Assembly: GCA_965206645.1 (NCBI GenBank)
Contig: CBDBKE010000003.1
Span: 480,001 to 544,000 of the forward strand
Length of the DNA: 64,000 bases
Direction of reading: 5' to 3'
DNA from: Terriglobia bacterium
Lineage (GTDB): Bacteria; Acidobacteriota; Terriglobia; JAJPHL01; JAPKYU01
How positions within the stretch are numbered: the first letter of the stretch is position 1; every line of letters begins with the position of its first letter. Both the position numbers and the translations under genes were made by a program. The notes beneath the pieces were generated by a model that made no database searches, was not told the origin of the DNA, and saw only the letters and a list, made by a program, of their open reading frames with translations. Below are positions 10,755-21,757 of the stretch, piece by piece.

Positions 10755-13082
10755 CTACGGTGGCAGGCCTATGCGTCGCAACAGGTCCTGGAAGCGCGCG
10801 TCGGAGCGCAGGCTGTCGAAAAGTGGGTCCACATTGAGAAAGGGGAGGGAGTTATTATGCTCCTCACGGGCCTTTTCCAGCCAGTCCAGCGCCTGATTCT
10901 TCTCGCCGAGACCAATATAAACAACGGCAATGAGAAACGCGGAGACATGCCTCCGCTTTGATTGCTCGTTCAGATCTTCCAGTACTTTCAACGCCTCGGT
11001 TCTTTTGCCTGCCAGGCCATACGTGAATCCGAGCGCCGGCAAAATTTCTATGGTACTCCCTGAAACGTTTATCGCACTTTGAAACTCGGCAAGGGCTTCG
11101 TCATACCTGCCGCTTTCCGCGTACATTAATCCCAGGTCAAAACGCGCACGGACAAAGTTTGGGTCCATCTCGATCGTCTTTTGAAGTTGCTCTATGGCTC
11201 TGTCGTACTGGCGCGCAACGCCCAAAAGCCGTCCCACACCCGCGCTAATGGTGAGGGAGAGAGGATCGAGTTCTTGCGCCCGTTTAATCTCTGCGAAGGC
11301 TTCCTCCGAGCGCCCCATCGCCATCAAGTACGTGGCATACCAGTGGCGGGCGGTCGGATACTTTGGGTTGAGCTCAATGGCTCGCTTGAACTCGCTTTCG
11401 GCTTCCGGCCAGTTCCATTCGAAACGAAACTTCACAAAGGCCACCGAAGTGTGGGCTTCGGCGAGCGTGTCATCTATTTCACGCGCCGTCCCCGCGGCGG
11501 CGCTAGCTTTTGACATTGCCTCCTTTTCAGCTAGTCCGGCGTACCCGCCGCATCCAAACAAGGCATTGCAGTCGGCCAACCCCGCGTAGGCCAACGCGTA
11601 ACCCGGGTCTTTGGCAATTGCTTGCTCGAAGTACTGAATGCCTTTCTTTAAGCCTTCTTCGGTCCTCCGATTCCAGTGGTAGCGACCCTTCAGGTAGAGC
11701 TGGTAGGCCTCGGCGTTTTGCGTGTAGCGTTTCGTGAGTCGCTTCCTCTCGTGGCTGGTCAACCGCAGCCGCAATTTCTCAGAGATTTCTTGCGCAATCT
11801 CTTCCTGCACGGAAAAGATGTCGGAGAGTTTTCGGTTGTATTGCGCGCCCCAGATCTGCGACTCGTTCGCCACGTCCACCAGCTCCGCGCGGATGATCAG
11901 GGTATCGCCCCGCTGAAGCACCCTGCCGGCGACCACCGCCCGGGTGTCGAGCTCGCGGCCAACAGCTTGCGGGTCCACCTCCCGGCCCTTGTAGCGAAAA
12001 ACCGTGGTCCTTGGCACCACTCGCAGCTTGGGGAGTTGCGAGAGACTGTTGATAATGGTTTCTGTGATGCCCTCACTGAGGTATTCGGTGTCTGGATCGC
12101 CACTTGCATTCTGGAAGGGCAAGATCGCCAGAGAATCGATCGCTCCGCCACGCCGTCGCGGCCGCGCGCGTGCTGCGGCCGGCGGTCCGCCGGACGTGGA
12201 TAACCGTCCCGACTCCGTATCGCGTTTCAGGCGCTTCAGGTCAGCTAGCAGGTCAGAGGCAGTTTGGTAGCGCAGCTTGCGGTCTTTTTCCAGCGCCTTT
12301 TGGAGGATCCGTTCCAGCTCTGGGGGCATCTCCGGGTTCAAGCGGACGGCAGAGCTTGGGGCCCGGCTCAGAACTGCCTCCAACAGGGCCCCGGAAGTGT
12401 TGCCGGGAAAGGCTTGCCGGCCGGTGGCCATTTCGTAGAGCACGGCGCCGAAGGAGAACAGGTCGGTGCGAGAGTCGAGTTCCTCTCCCCGCGCCTGCTC
12501 CGGCGACATGTAGGCGAGCGTCCCGATGGCCACGCCTGGCAGGGTGACTAGTTCATCGACCGAGGCTGTCGGGAGACTCGAGAGCCCAGGTAGCTCCGCG
12601 TCGGGCTGTTCCGGCGCGAGCTTGGCCAGGCCGAAGTCGAGGACCTTGGCTTGGCCGCGCCAGGTCACGTACAGGTTTGCCGGCTTGATGTCCCGATGCA
12701 CGATTCTTCTGGAGTGCGCCGCCTCCAGGGCATCGACGATCTGGATAGCTAGTTCCAGCACCTGCTCCGTCTCCATCGGCTTGCCCGCAATGCGATGCTT
12801 CAGCGTCCACCCCTCCAGCAGCTCCATGACAATGAACTGCTGACCTTCGTGCTCGTCAATGTCGTGGATGGTGCAGATATTGGGGTGGTTCAGGGCGGAG
12901 GCGGCTCGGGCTTCACGCCGGAAGCGCTCCAGGGCCTGAGGGTCGCGGGAAAGCTCTTCGGGCAGGGACTTGAGGGCGACCATACGGCCCAGGCGGGTAT
13001 CCTCGGCCTTGTAAACCACCCCCATGCCGCCGCCGCCGAGCTTGTCCAGAATCCGGTAGTGCGAAACTGTTCTGCTGTCCAT
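10755..13082 (-). CDS. Hanks-type Ser/Thr protein kinase with TolB-like/TPR C-terminal region
   Basis: [30 protein letters not shown], then SLAILPF domain and TPR repeats. Confidence 0.93.
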   Translation of the reverse strand: MDSRTVSHYRILDKLGGGGMGVVYKAEDTRLGRMVALKSLPEELSRDPQALERFRREARAASALNHPNICTIHDIDEHEGQQFIVMELLEGWTLKHRIAGKPMETEQVLELAIQIVDALEAAHSRRIVHRDIKPANLYVTWRGQAKVLDFGLAKLAPEQPDAELPGLSSLPTASVDELVTLPGVAIGTLAYMSPEQARGEELDSRTDLFSFGAVLYEMATGRQAFPGNTSGALLEAVLSRAPSSAVRLNPEMPPELERILQKALEKDRKLRYQTASDLLADLKRLKRDTESGRLSTSGGPPAAARARPRRRGGAIDSLAILPFQNASGDPDTEYLSEGITETIINSLSQLPKLRVVPRTTVFRYKGREVDPQAVGRELDTRAVVAGRVLQRGDTLIIRAELVDVANESQIWGAQYNRKLSDIFSVQEEIAQEISEKLRLRLTSHERKRLTKRYTQNAEAYQLYLKGRYHWNRRTEEGLKKGIQYFEQAIAKDPGYALAYAGLADCNALFGCGGYAGLAEKEAMSKASAAAGTAREIDDTLAEAHTSVAFVKFRFEWNWPEAESEFKRAIELNPKYPTARHWYATYLMAMGRSEEAFAEIKRAQELDPLSLTISAGVGRLLGVARQYDRAIEQLQKTIEMDPNFVRARFDLGLMYAESGRYDEALAEFQSAINVSGSTIEILPALGFTYGLAGKRTEALKVLEDLNEQSKRRHVSAFLIAVVYIGLGEKNQALDWLEKAREEHNNSLPFLNVDPLFDSLRSDARFQDLLRRIGLPP

Positions 13083-13319
13083 CGCGGAAGGAGTTGCCCT
13101 CGGGAGGCCATCTTAATCCGGATCTGCGATGTAAGCCACCTCATTGTCCGGGCGGCCTGCGAACCACTCCGGGAGCAGTCGGCGGGATTGGCTAGCTCAG
13201 CACTCCGATCGATGGGCCAAAGCTGTCGTGGTATGGGCCTGGATCGACTCTTGCGTCGATCAAAGTGGTGCGCCCAGCCTTCAGGGCCAGATCTCGTACC
13301 CGCATGGTAGAATTGAAGA

Positions 13320-13667
13320 ATGCCGCTGTATGAATATGAATGCCACCAGTGCAAGCGGCGGTTTGAGCTGATGCAAAAGTTCAGCGACCCACCGGCTGAG
13401 ACCTGCCGGTCTTGCGGTGGCCCGGTCACTCGCCTGATCTCCGCGTCTGCCTTTCAGTTCAAGGGCACCGGGTGGTACGTCACCGATTACGCCCGCAAGT
13501 CGAGCGGAAAGGAGGCCTCCTCCTCGGGCGACGGCGATGTCAAGGAGGGCAAGGAGGGCAAGAAGAGCAAGGACGACAAGAGCAGCAAGAGCGAGGCCGC
13601 GGACAGCAAGACGACCCCTAAATCGGAGAGCAAAACGAAGGACTCTTCAGGAACCCCTCCTAAGTAG
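13320..13667 (+). CDS. FmdB family zinc-ribbon protein
   Basis: MPLYEYECxxC...CxxCGG...FKGTGWYVTDY with a Ser/Lys-rich tail. Confidence 0.9.
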   Translation: MPLYEYECHQCKRRFELMQKFSDPPAETCRSCGGPVTRLISASAFQFKGTGWYVTDYARKSSGKEASSSGDGDVKEGKEGKKSKDDKSSKSEAADSKTTPKSESKTKDSSGTPPK

Positions 13668-13701
13668 TGTCGCGTCCCAGAAATTCGCTACAAAAGTTCA
13701 T

Positions 13702-13772
13702 GACCACTCGCTCACGCTCGTGGCTCGGGAAGCGCGTTGAAAATACAGAGCCGTGCGCGTCAGCAAGCGGTC
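13702..13772. repeat. REP-like imperfect inverted repeat
   Basis: GACCACTCGCTCACGCTCGTGGCTC ... GAGCCGTGCGCGTCAGCAAGCGGTC form complementary 25-nt arms. Confidence 0.6.
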
Positions 13773-13812
13773 CTCCCCGGCCGGGCCCCCAGCCCTGCTG
13801 CATCTGCAACGA

Positions 13813-14634
13813 ATGAGAAACAGGAAGTCTAAGGCAGCGACTGCCGCGTTGCTCGGGATGCTTACTTGCGGCTCGGGAGCTACAGCAGCACGTAGCTTCT
13901 CGCCAGAGGAACTTGTCAAACAGGCGGACGAGATCGTCGCGGTGGAGATTGTTTCAACGAACTACACTGCAACGGCTGCGGATGGTCCCATGTACGTCGA
14001 GGCCAAGGTGCTCAAGTCTGTGAAAGGGAACCTCAACCTCGGACGGGTCATCCGCTTTGGAGCGAGCGCGTGGGTGGGGCCTTCCTATCGAGCGGGCGAG
14101 CGCAGAATTGTCCTGCTGAAGCGACTGCCCGCGGGACACGAATATTTCCAGAAAGCTCGCTGGAGCAGTCTAGACGCGGGCAAATTGAATCTCTTTGTCG
14201 AGGAACGCACTCTGGACGGCTTCTCCCTGTCATCCTTTTCGGACTTTCTTCGCCGGCTCAGCGAGGAGAGCAGGAAAGGGCTGACGATTAAGGTGATGAG
14301 GACTGGCACGTTGACAAACTTGACTTTCTCGGTCGTCCTACACAACAGAAGCAATCGGACCTTGTGGCTGAACCGTTCTGACTTACGGTTCAGTTTTCAG
14401 GCGGGCGAAGTGAGACGCGAGGGTGCAATCGAGTGGAACGCTACCAGTGAAGGTCAGTGGATTTCTTTTCGTCCTGGCGCAACGCTGTCCGGCGTGCTCT
14501 CGGTAAAGTCCAGGGATGTGGCAGGAGAAAGTGAAGGAACCGTCAGTGTTGTTCACTGGAGCGCGCTGTTCCCCTATGTCTCATGGGTAGGTGTCCAGTC
14601 TGCCAAAGTACAATGGATACCGCCTGGAACGTAG
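13813..14634 (+). CDS. hypothetical exported protein (possible TIMP/OB-like plus beta-sandwich domains)
   Basis: Open frame, signal-peptide-like start, SPEELVKQADEIVAVEIV...VLKSVKG pattern; fold is a guess. Confidence 0.6.
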   Translation: MRNRKSKAATAALLGMLTCGSGATAARSFSPEELVKQADEIVAVEIVSTNYTATAADGPMYVEAKVLKSVKGNLNLGRVIRFGASAWVGPSYRAGERRIVLLKRLPAGHEYFQKARWSSLDAGKLNLFVEERTLDGFSLSSFSDFLRRLSEESRKGLTIKVMRTGTLTNLTFSVVLHNRSNRTLWLNRSDLRFSFQAGEVRREGAIEWNATSEGQWISFRPGATLSGVLSVKSRDVAGESEGTVSVVHWSALFPYVSWVGVQSAKVQWIPPGT

Positions 14635-14635
14635 C

Positions 14636-15595
14636 TTAGGCTGGTTTCTGTAACTCCTCGACAATCTCCTGGGCCGCTTGGCGCGCGCGCTCCAGAGCCC
14701 CCGGCTCGAAGCTGATGGCTCCCACCCGGGCGTGGCCACCGCCTCCGTAGCGCTCGCAGATCGTGGCCAGGTTGTGCATTCGCGGCGGGGCGTTCCAGGG
14801 ATTGGAACCCACCGAGATTTTCGTGCGGAACGAGGAGGGACTGATACTGACGCTGTAAACCGCCTCGGGGAACAGGTGGTAGGGAATGAACTTGCTGTAG
14901 CCTTCCATCTTCAGGCCGCTGACATCGAAAAACACCACGCCGCGATCGCAACGAGCGTGCTGCCGAATCACTTCCATGGAATCCAGGTGGCGACGGTACA
15001 GGGGCCGGAACAGGTTGGCGATCTCCGGGTTCTGTATGATGTCTTGCAAGCTGTGGGAGGCCATCATGGGGATCAGGCGGGAGGGCAGAGCGTTGTCCGG
15101 GCTGTTTTCGATGACCAACGACAATTGCATGGCCGGTGCCTCCAGCTTCACAGCCGCGGCAGCATCCGAATATTGCGCGCCGTCAATGACGTCGGCCCAC
15201 TGGATCAGCTCAGCCAGGTCGGACGCCTGGAAACTGAACCGCTCCTCGGCCACCGCGGCAACAAACTTCGTGCAGGACTTGTAGCTGGGGTCATAGAATT
15301 TCTTTCCGCTGCGGTCCTGCTGGAAGTGCTGGGCGTCTTCGGGAGTCAGGAAGGCGCTTTGATGGTGGTCAAACCACCAGGTGAGCCGGGGTGAGCTGCA
15401 ATACTTGAAGTCCACAATGGCGTTCTCGTCCCCATTAAATTCGGCTTCGTCGAACAGCTGCGAAGCCTTGTGGGCCAGGCCGGTATAGACAAATTCCGCG
15501 TCGGGGTGAATCTTGGTGGCGTAGAAGCGACTGAACACAGCGGCTGACGCCGCTCCATCAAAACAGCGATCGTGGAAGAAAACCCGCAGCCTCAT
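14636..15595 (-). CDS. DHH family phosphoesterase (nanoRNase-like)
   Basis: HDRCFDGAASA, VDF, WFDHH and GGGGH motifs. Confidence 0.85.
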   Translation of the reverse strand: MRLRVFFHDRCFDGAASAAVFSRFYATKIHPDAEFVYTGLAHKASQLFDEAEFNGDENAIVDFKYCSSPRLTWWFDHHQSAFLTPEDAQHFQQDRSGKKFYDPSYKSCTKFVAAVAEERFSFQASDLAELIQWADVIDGAQYSDAAAAVKLEAPAMQLSLVIENSPDNALPSRLIPMMASHSLQDIIQNPEIANLFRPLYRRHLDSMEVIRQHARCDRGVVFFDVSGLKMEGYSKFIPYHLFPEAVYSVSISPSSFRTKISVGSNPWNAPPRMHNLATICERYGGGGHARVGAISFEPGALERARQAAQEIVEELQKPA

Positions 15596-15736
15596 GGCCG
15601 ACAGGCGCTCGGGCGGCGCCCCCAGCTCCGCGCGCGCGACGCGCGGAGCGAAAAGCACCTAGTCATAACTGATTCGCGGCTGGAGTGCAAGCACAAAACT
15701 GGGCTGGCGGCACAGAGTGAAGGATGTTCTAGCGGC

Positions 15737-16216
15737 TCAGACCTGCTTTTCGGCCAGGTCACCGACCACGGGAAGCTTCCACTTCTTGTTTTGATATGCC
15801 TGGACCATCAGCACCACCCACAGGACCATAAGCCCCAACGGAAGAACCAAGAACAGGACCAACCCCAGAACCCACCCTAAAACGGGAATTACGGACAACA
15901 CAGCGCTCAGCACTCCAGCTGCAATGATCAGAACTATGGTTGCAGCTAAGAAGAAGAGGGATTGGAAGGCATGGAAGCGGACAAAAGGGTCCCGATTGTA
16001 AGGTTCGAGGACCAGGAACAAGATTCCGGTGATCGGTGTCAACGCGTAGCACAACAGGCCAGCGATGTTGCTCGTAAGTTGGCCGGAGCCGGCGGCACCC
16101 GGTTGGGCTGCCGGCTGGGTCGTGCCGGGCGCGCTCGCGCTCACCTGCTGCCCGCACTTCGGACAAAAGCCTCCGGCGGCAGTAACCTCGTTTCCACAAT
16201 TGCTGCAAAACGCTAT
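15737..16216 (-). CDS. zinc-ribbon plus DUF4870-like membrane protein; apparent ATA start
   Basis: AFCSNCG...FCPKCG, then NIAGLLCY...FVRFHAFQS...WKLPVVGDLAE; SD GAGGAGG precedes ATA. Confidence 0.75.
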   Translation of the reverse strand: MAFCSNCGNEVTAAGGFCPKCGQQVSASAPGTTQPAAQPGAAGSGQLTSNIAGLLCYALTPITGILFLVLEPYNRDPFVRFHAFQSLFFLAATIVLIIAAGVLSAVLSVIPVLGWVLGLVLFLVLPLGLMVLWVVLMVQAYQNKKWKLPVVGDLAEKQV

Positions 16217-16565
16217 GCCGTCCTCCTCGCCTCTCCTGCCCTACGGTTGCAATCACGACCTGCCGCTGGAGCAGGCCGCTGGAGCAGAGAGTAGCACAGA
16301 AGCACGCAGACAGAAATTGAAACCGCAACTCATTTCGCCGCGGCCTATAAGGCTCGGGCTGCAGTGCTTGGAAAGGGTGGAGTGCAGACCGCCAATGAAG
16401 TTGCCGCCCCATTACTACAAGAACTTTCGTACCCCCAAAAAATGGTCCTTCCCGGCTCTTGCGCCAGTCCGTGAAAGCCGGTATGCTCGGGCTTCCCCTG
16501 TCGCCAGTGGGGCACTCAAGAGCAGTTTGCGCAGGACTAGGCGGATTTCCCCTCGGGAGGAGAGG

Positions 16566-16898
16566 ATGGACAAAAGGCGAGCGAACCGATATTCATTCCG
16601 GATGAAAGCCCAGGTGGACTCAATGGGCACTGGCGAACTACCCGGCCCTATTGAGACCTGGACACGCGATGTCAGCTCCAAAGGGCTCTTCCTGGAGCTG
16701 GACCAGCCGCTGGATGAGGGAACGCGGATGAATCTGACCCTGCAGTTACCCTCCGAAGTCACCGGCAAGCCGGTGCTGCTGCGTTGCCTTTCCCGGGTGG
16801 TGCGAATAATCGAGGAAGGAGATAATCGGGTCGGCGTGGGCGCGGTTATCGAAAATTACGAATTCGTCCGGACTCCGGAAGAAGGCGCACCCTCCTAA
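16566..16898 (+). CDS. PilZ domain protein
   Basis: RRANR (RxxxR) and DVSSKG (DxSxxG) c-di-GMP-binding motifs; SD GGAGG. Confidence 0.85.
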   Translation: MDKRRANRYSFRMKAQVDSMGTGELPGPIETWTRDVSSKGLFLELDQPLDEGTRMNLTLQLPSEVTGKPVLLRCLSRVVRIIEEGDNRVGVGAVIENYEFVRTPEEGAPS

Positions 16899-17041
16899 GT
16901 CGGCTCCCCCCGTTACCCGCACGGACGTTGCCGTACAATCCTGCCCCCTGAGAGTGAAACCCTCTCATCTTTGTTCGAATTTGTTCGAAACCCTGATCCA
17001 GCGAAGGCGATCTTTTGCCAGAGAGCAGTTTCTCGGGCCTT

Positions 17042-17989
17042 TCACTGCGGGCTAATGGGGTCCTTGCCTGAGTCCGGCTCCCCCATCTCCAGGTGAATGC
17101 TGTTTCCGCCCGTTTGCTGGGCTTTCTCCAGAGCGCTCATGGCCAGCCCGGTCAGAGTGCCGAGGGAAATGGAGGTTTTCGTGTGGGAGACGCCGATGCT
17201 GGCGGTGACGGGAAGTTTCTTCCCGCCAAAGGCGAAGGAGTGGTTTTCCAAGGCCCGGCGCACCTTTTCGGCGGCCGCCAGTAGGGTGCTTTTCTCAGTC
17301 TCGGGGAGGGCCATGATGAACTCATTGCCGCCATAGCGGCCCAGCTTGTCGGTGCCGCGGCTGATGCGGGAAAGCAGCCGGGCGACCTCGGAAACGACGT
17401 AATCGGCGCACTGCGGCCCGCGGTCTCGCCGTAGCTCGTCAAAGTGGTCAATGGCAATCAGCATGCACCCGATCGGGCGCAAGTAGCGCTTGGTTCGCAG
17501 GAACTCATGTGACAGCCAGTCGAAGAAGTGGCGCCGATTGCTCAGCCCGGTCAGAGTGTCGGTATTGCTCATCTGCTCCAGGCCGTGGGCCAGTTCCTTG
17601 AGGTTGTAGGCCAGCCGCCGCTTTTCCACCGCCCGATCTACCGAAGCCAGCAAGTCCTGGATATTGCGCATGGGTTTCATCAGGAAGTCGTGGGCGCCCA
17701 TGCGAAGCGCCGCCAGCGCCGTTTCGAAGCGCTCCTTCTCGGCTCCGGCTAAGATGACCACCTGGATGGTTTCATCGTGGGCCTTAATGCGCTCCAGCAC
17801 CTTCAGCCCACTGATGCGCTCCAACTTGACGTCCAAAATGGCGGCGTCAAAGCTGGTTTCATCGAGCTTCTGCAGCGCCTGAAAGGGGTCGGTGGTGGTG
17901 AAGGTCTGGTAGCCGCTCTTCCGCAAGGCCTTGTCCAGCATCTGGAGGATCAGTTCGTCTTCGTCCACCACCAGGATATTTGCGGGCAT
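17042..17989 (-). CDS. receiver domain plus degenerate GGDEF (GGNEF) protein
   Basis: N-terminal REC (ILVVDED, ILD, KP), then TDTLTGLSNRR and RGTDKLGRYGGNEF. Confidence 0.88.
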   Translation of the reverse strand: MPANILVVDEDELILQMLDKALRKSGYQTFTTTDPFQALQKLDETSFDAAILDVKLERISGLKVLERIKAHDETIQVVILAGAEKERFETALAALRMGAHDFLMKPMRNIQDLLASVDRAVEKRRLAYNLKELAHGLEQMSNTDTLTGLSNRRHFFDWLSHEFLRTKRYLRPIGCMLIAIDHFDELRRDRGPQCADYVVSEVARLLSRISRGTDKLGRYGGNEFIMALPETEKSTLLAAAEKVRRALENHSFAFGGKKLPVTASIGVSHTKTSISLGTLTGLAMSALEKAQQTGGNSIHLEMGEPDSGKDPISPQ

Positions 17990-18025
17990 CGCTGGCTCCT
18001 TGGCTGCGCGGTCTGGGAAACCGAG

Positions 18026-18054
18026 ATGGTATGCGGAAACAGGCAGTGAGTCAA
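18026..18054 (-). promoter_or_regulatory. sigma70-type promoter of the REC-GGDEF gene
   Basis: Minus strand TTGACT-17 bp-TACCAT. Confidence 0.55.
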
Positions 18055-18114
18055 ATACGCGTCCCCTCGGCCCTTGCTGCCGACATGACCGGTGTCCGGC
18101 GCGAGGGCAGGGCG

Positions 18115-18504
18115 CTACTTCTTGGTAGGGATAACCTTTGGGGAGCTGACCCGCACCAGCGCGTTCTTGAGACGCTGCTCGTTCTCGGCGCCGCGGTCGA
18201 ACCATTCGCGGCGCACAAACTCGACGAACTCCTGGGTCTGTCGCTGCATCTCCATCATCTTCTCCCGCATGTCCAGGATGATCTCCACTCCGGCCAGATT
18301 CACTCCCAGGTCACGGGTCAGCGCCAGGATGGTTTCCAGCTGCTCCATATCCTCATCCGTGTACAGGCGGGTGTTGCCCTCAGTGCGGGAAGGCTTCAAG
18401 AGCCCTTCGCGCTCGTACAGGCGCAGGGTCTGTGGGTGGATGTCGTACTGCTTGGCCACTGCCGAAATCATGTAGGCCGCTCGGTCGCGTCGTACTCGGG
18501 GCAT
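18115..18504 (-). CDS. hspR: MerR-family heat-shock repressor HspR
   Basis: YMISAVA...IHPQTLRLYEREGLLKPSRTEGNTRLY...LGVNLAGV; directly downstream of dnaJ. Confidence 0.85.
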   Translation of the reverse strand: MPRVRRDRAAYMISAVAKQYDIHPQTLRLYEREGLLKPSRTEGNTRLYTDEDMEQLETILALTRDLGVNLAGVEIILDMREKMMEMQRQTQEFVEFVRREWFDRGAENEQRLKNALVRVSSPKVIPTKK

Positions 18505-18507
18505 GGC

Positions 18508-19701
18508 CTATTCCTGGGTGAAGAGGCTGGCGCGCGGGTCGTCCGGATTCAACCGGGACAGTTCGCGCAGAATCTCCTTGGAGCGCTCGTCGCGGATGCG
18601 AGGGACCTGGACTCGCACCTCCACGTACTGATCGCCACGCCGGCGGGTGCGCGCCGACAGCACACCGCGCTCGCGGAGGCGGAACTTCTGCCCGCTCTGA
18701 GTGCCAGGCGCAACCCGCAACAGCGCCCGGCTTTCAATGGTGGGCACCTCGATCTTGGCGCCCAGCGCCGCCTCGCTGACCGTGATGGGGACGGTGATAT
18801 GGATGTCGTCCCCCTCGCGGCGAAAGTAGGAATGAGGCTCGATGCGCACGACGATGAACAAGTCGCCTGGCGGACCGCCGCCAACACCAGCATTCCCTTT
18901 GGCGCCGACGCGCAGTCGGCTGCCGCTCTGGGTGCCGGCCGCGATGCGCACCTCCAGGGAGTCGGATTGGGCAGTGCGGCCCTCCCCGTGACAGGCTGGG
19001 CAGGTGTCCGGCAGTTTACCCGTTCCCCGGCAGCGAGGACAGCCCAGCTGAAAGCGCATGGCGCCGGCGGCCTGGGTGACCTGGCCGCTGCCCCGGCATT
19101 CCGGGCAGATGGCAGCCGCGGTGCCCCCGCCGGGGGTCCCGCTCCCGCCACACGCCTGGCAGGTCTGGTGACGAGGCACATTCAGTCGCGTCACCGTACC
19201 GCGGATCGCCTCCCAGAAGCCCACCGGAACTTCGTGTTCCAGATCTTCCCCGCGAGCCGGGGCGGGTTCCGGGACGCCGGCGGCACGGGGCGAGAAAAAC
19301 TGCGAAAACAGATCCCGCAGGCCTTCGCCGACGCCAGTCGTGCCGGCGGAGCGCCCCCCCCGCGCCGCGCCTCCCCTGAAGATGTTGGAAAAATCGTAGC
19401 CGGAGAAATCGAAGTCGGGTGGCGCCTGTCCCGGGCGAGAACCCCACCGGGGCGGCATGCCTTGCTCGGAGTAGAAGCCGACCTGGTCGTACATTCGCCG
19501 CTTCTTGGGGTCGCTCAGCACATCGTAGGCTTCCTGGATACGCTTAAAGCGCTCCTCGGCCACCTTGTCACCAGGGTTCAGGTCAGGATGGTGTTTCCGG
19601 GCCAGCCGCTTGTAAGCCTTGCGAAGCTCTTGAGTGCTAGCTTTTCGCCCGACGCTGAGCGTCTCGTAGTAATCCTGTTTGGTCGTGGTAGCCATTTCCA
19701 A
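18508..19701 (-). CDS. dnaJ: chaperone DnaJ
   Basis: J-domain HPD, G/F region and four CxxCxGxG repeats; start may be 19695. Confidence 0.95.
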   Translation of the reverse strand: MEMATTTKQDYYETLSVGRKASTQELRKAYKRLARKHHPDLNPGDKVAEERFKRIQEAYDVLSDPKKRRMYDQVGFYSEQGMPPRWGSRPGQAPPDFDFSGYDFSNIFRGGAARGGRSAGTTGVGEGLRDLFSQFFSPRAAGVPEPAPARGEDLEHEVPVGFWEAIRGTVTRLNVPRHQTCQACGGSGTPGGGTAAAICPECRGSGQVTQAAGAMRFQLGCPRCRGTGKLPDTCPACHGEGRTAQSDSLEVRIAAGTQSGSRLRVGAKGNAGVGGGPPGDLFIVVRIEPHSYFRREGDDIHITVPITVSEAALGAKIEVPTIESRALLRVAPGTQSGQKFRLRERGVLSARTRRRGDQYVEVRVQVPRIRDERSKEILRELSRLNPDDPRASLFTQE

Positions 19702-19843
19702 CTAACGGTCCCAGGCCAGGTGGCCCGGCCGCGGGCCCAGTCCGAGGGTGCCTATCCGAGGGTGCCCATAGACTAAGCCACTCTAGGGTCCCTATCGCCG
19801 CAAGAGGCTCTTCAGCGAACGTCTAGAAGCTGACGCCGGATGG

Positions 19844-21757
19844 TTATTTTTTCTCCTCGTCTACATCTACAAACTCGGCGTCAATGACTTCACCGTCCTT
19901 TTTCTTGTCTTGGCCCTCGGCCTTTTCCTCGGAGCCGCCGGGCGCGGTCTCCGCGGGTGCTTGCTGCACGTACAAAGCTTCCGCCAGCTTATGGGTAGCG
20001 GTTGTCAGCCCGTCCACGGCCCGCTGGATTTCGTCCACGCTGCCGGATTGCATCACTTTCTTGGTCTCAGCCAGCGCGGCTTCAATGTTGCGGGCGTCGG
20101 CTTCGCTGATCTTGTCGCGGTTCTCGTTCATCACCTTTTCAGTGGAATAGACGAGCGAGTCGGCGCGGTTGCGGGCTTCGACCTCCTCCCGGCGCTGGGC
20201 GTCCTCGGCGGTGTGCGCTTCGGCTTCGCGCGCCATCTTCGCGACTTCCTCTTTACTCAAGCCGCTCGAGGAGGTGATGGTGATCTTCTGCTCCTTGCCC
20301 GTACCCAGGTCTTTCGCCTGCACGTTGAGAATGCCGTTGACGTCAATGTCGAAGGTCACTTCGATTTGCGGAATGCCGCGCGGGGCTGGCGGGATTCCCA
20401 CTAGCTGGAATACGCCCAGCAGCCGGTTGTCGCGGGACATAGCTCGTTCGCCTTGGTGGACGCGGATTTCCACCGAACCCTGGTTGTCCGAGGCGGTGGA
20501 GAAGGTTTCGGTCTTGCGGGTGGGGATGGTGGTATTGCGCTCAATCATCTTGGTCATGACCCCACCCAGCGTCTCGACGCCCAGCGTCAGTGGAGTCACG
20601 TCGAGCAACAGCACGTCCTTGACCTCGCCGCCCAGCACGCCTCCCTGCACGGCGGCCCCCACTGCGACGACTTCGTCGGGATTGACCCCTTTGTGCGGCT
20701 CTCGTCCAAAAACTTCCTTCACCAGTTGCTGGATGCGGGGCATGCGGGTCTGACCACCCACCAGCACCACCTGGTCAATCTTGTCAGGCGTCAGGCCGGC
20801 GTCGTCGAGCGCGATCTTGCAGGGCTCCATCGAGCGCTGGACCAGCGGTTCGACCATCTGCTCCAGCCGCCCTCGGGTCAGTTTCAGCACCAGGTGCTTT
20901 GGCCCGCTGGCGTCAGCAGTGATGAAGGGCAGGTTGACCTCGGTCTCCAGCACCGAACTCAGCTCAACCTTGGCCTTCTCGGCTGCTTCCTTCAGCCGCT
21001 GCAGAGCCATCTTGTCCTTGGACAGGTCAATTCCCTGGTCCCGGCGAAACTCGTCGACGATCCAATTAATGACCACCTGGTCAAGGTTGTCGCCTCCCAG
21101 GTGCGTGTCGCCATTGGTGGACTTCACTTCCACCACACCTTCGCCCACCTCCAGGATGGAGATGTCGAAGGTGCCGCCACCGAAGTCGTAGACGGCGATG
21201 GTCTGGTCCTGCTTTTTATCCAGCCCGTAGGCCAAGGCGGCCGCCGTCGGCTCGTTGATGATGCGCTTCACGTCAAGGCCCGCGATCTGCCCCGCATCTT
21301 TGGTGGCCTGACGTTGCGAGTCGTTGAAATAGGCGGGAACGGTGATGACGGCGTCGGTCACCTTGGTGCCCAGATGAGCCTCGGCGGCCTCCTTCAGCTT
21401 GCGCAAGATCATGGCCGAGATTTCCGGTGGGGTCCATTCTTTGCCGCCGGCCGAAACGCGGGCGGCGCCGGTTGGGCTCTGCTCCACCTTGTAAGGCACC
21501 ATCTTCATTTCTTCGTTCACCTCTTCGTAGCGGCGGCCCATGAAGCGCTTGATGGAATAGATCGTGTTCTCCGGGTTGGTAATGGATTGCCGCTTAGCCA
21601 CTTGACCCGCCAACTGCTCTCCGGTCTTGGCGAAGGCGACCACCGAAGGGGTTGTGCGGGTCCCTTCCTGGTTAGCGATCACAGCTGGCTCGCCACCCTC
21701 TGTAACCGCCACTGCCGAGTTGGTCGTACCCAAGTCAATTCCGATGATCTTGCTCAT
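19844..21757 (-). CDS. dnaK: chaperone DnaK
   Basis: [27 protein letters not shown] and C-terminal VIDAEF. Confidence 0.99.
   Translation of the reverse strand: MSKIIGIDLGTTNSAVAVTEGGEPAVIANQEGTRTTPSVVAFAKTGEQLAGQVAKRQSITNPENTIYSIKRFMGRRYEEVNEEMKMVPYKVEQSPTGAARVSAGGKEWTPPEISAMILRKLKEAAEAHLGTKVTDAVITVPAYFNDSQRQATKDAGQIAGLDVKRIINEPTAAALAYGLDKKQDQTIAVYDFGGGTFDISILEVGEGVVEVKSTNGDTHLGGDNLDQVVINWIVDEFRRDQGIDLSKDKMALQRLKEAAEKAKVELSSVLETEVNLPFITADASGPKHLVLKLTRGRLEQMVEPLVQRSMEPCKIALDDAGLTPDKIDQVVLVGGQTRMPRIQQLVKEVFGREPHKGVNPDEVVAVGAAVQGGVLGGEVKDVLLLDVTPLTLGVETLGGVMTKMIERNTTIPTRKTETFSTASDNQGSVEIRVHQGERAMSRDNRLLGVFQLVGIPPAPRGIPQIEVTFDIDVNGILNVQAKDLGTGKEQKITITSSSGLSKEEVAKMAREAEAHTAEDAQRREEVEARNRADSLVYSTEKVMNENRDKISEADARNIEAALAETKKVMQSGSVDEIQRAVDGLTTATHKLAEALYVQQAPAETAPGGSEEKAEGQDKKKDGEVIDAEFVDVDEEKK

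Noticed and set aside
12195-12203. DnaA-box-like CGTGGATAA as part of oriC
   Set aside because: Single mismatched copy inside a CDS; no cluster or AT-rich unwinding element
16971-16990. GTTC direct repeat as a LexA box
   Set aside because: Spacing is N6 rather than GTTC-N7-GTTC, and it lies between convergent gene ends
17980-19776. 598-aa plus-strand ORF over hspR/dnaJ
   Set aside because: Antisense shadow with no recognisable motifs
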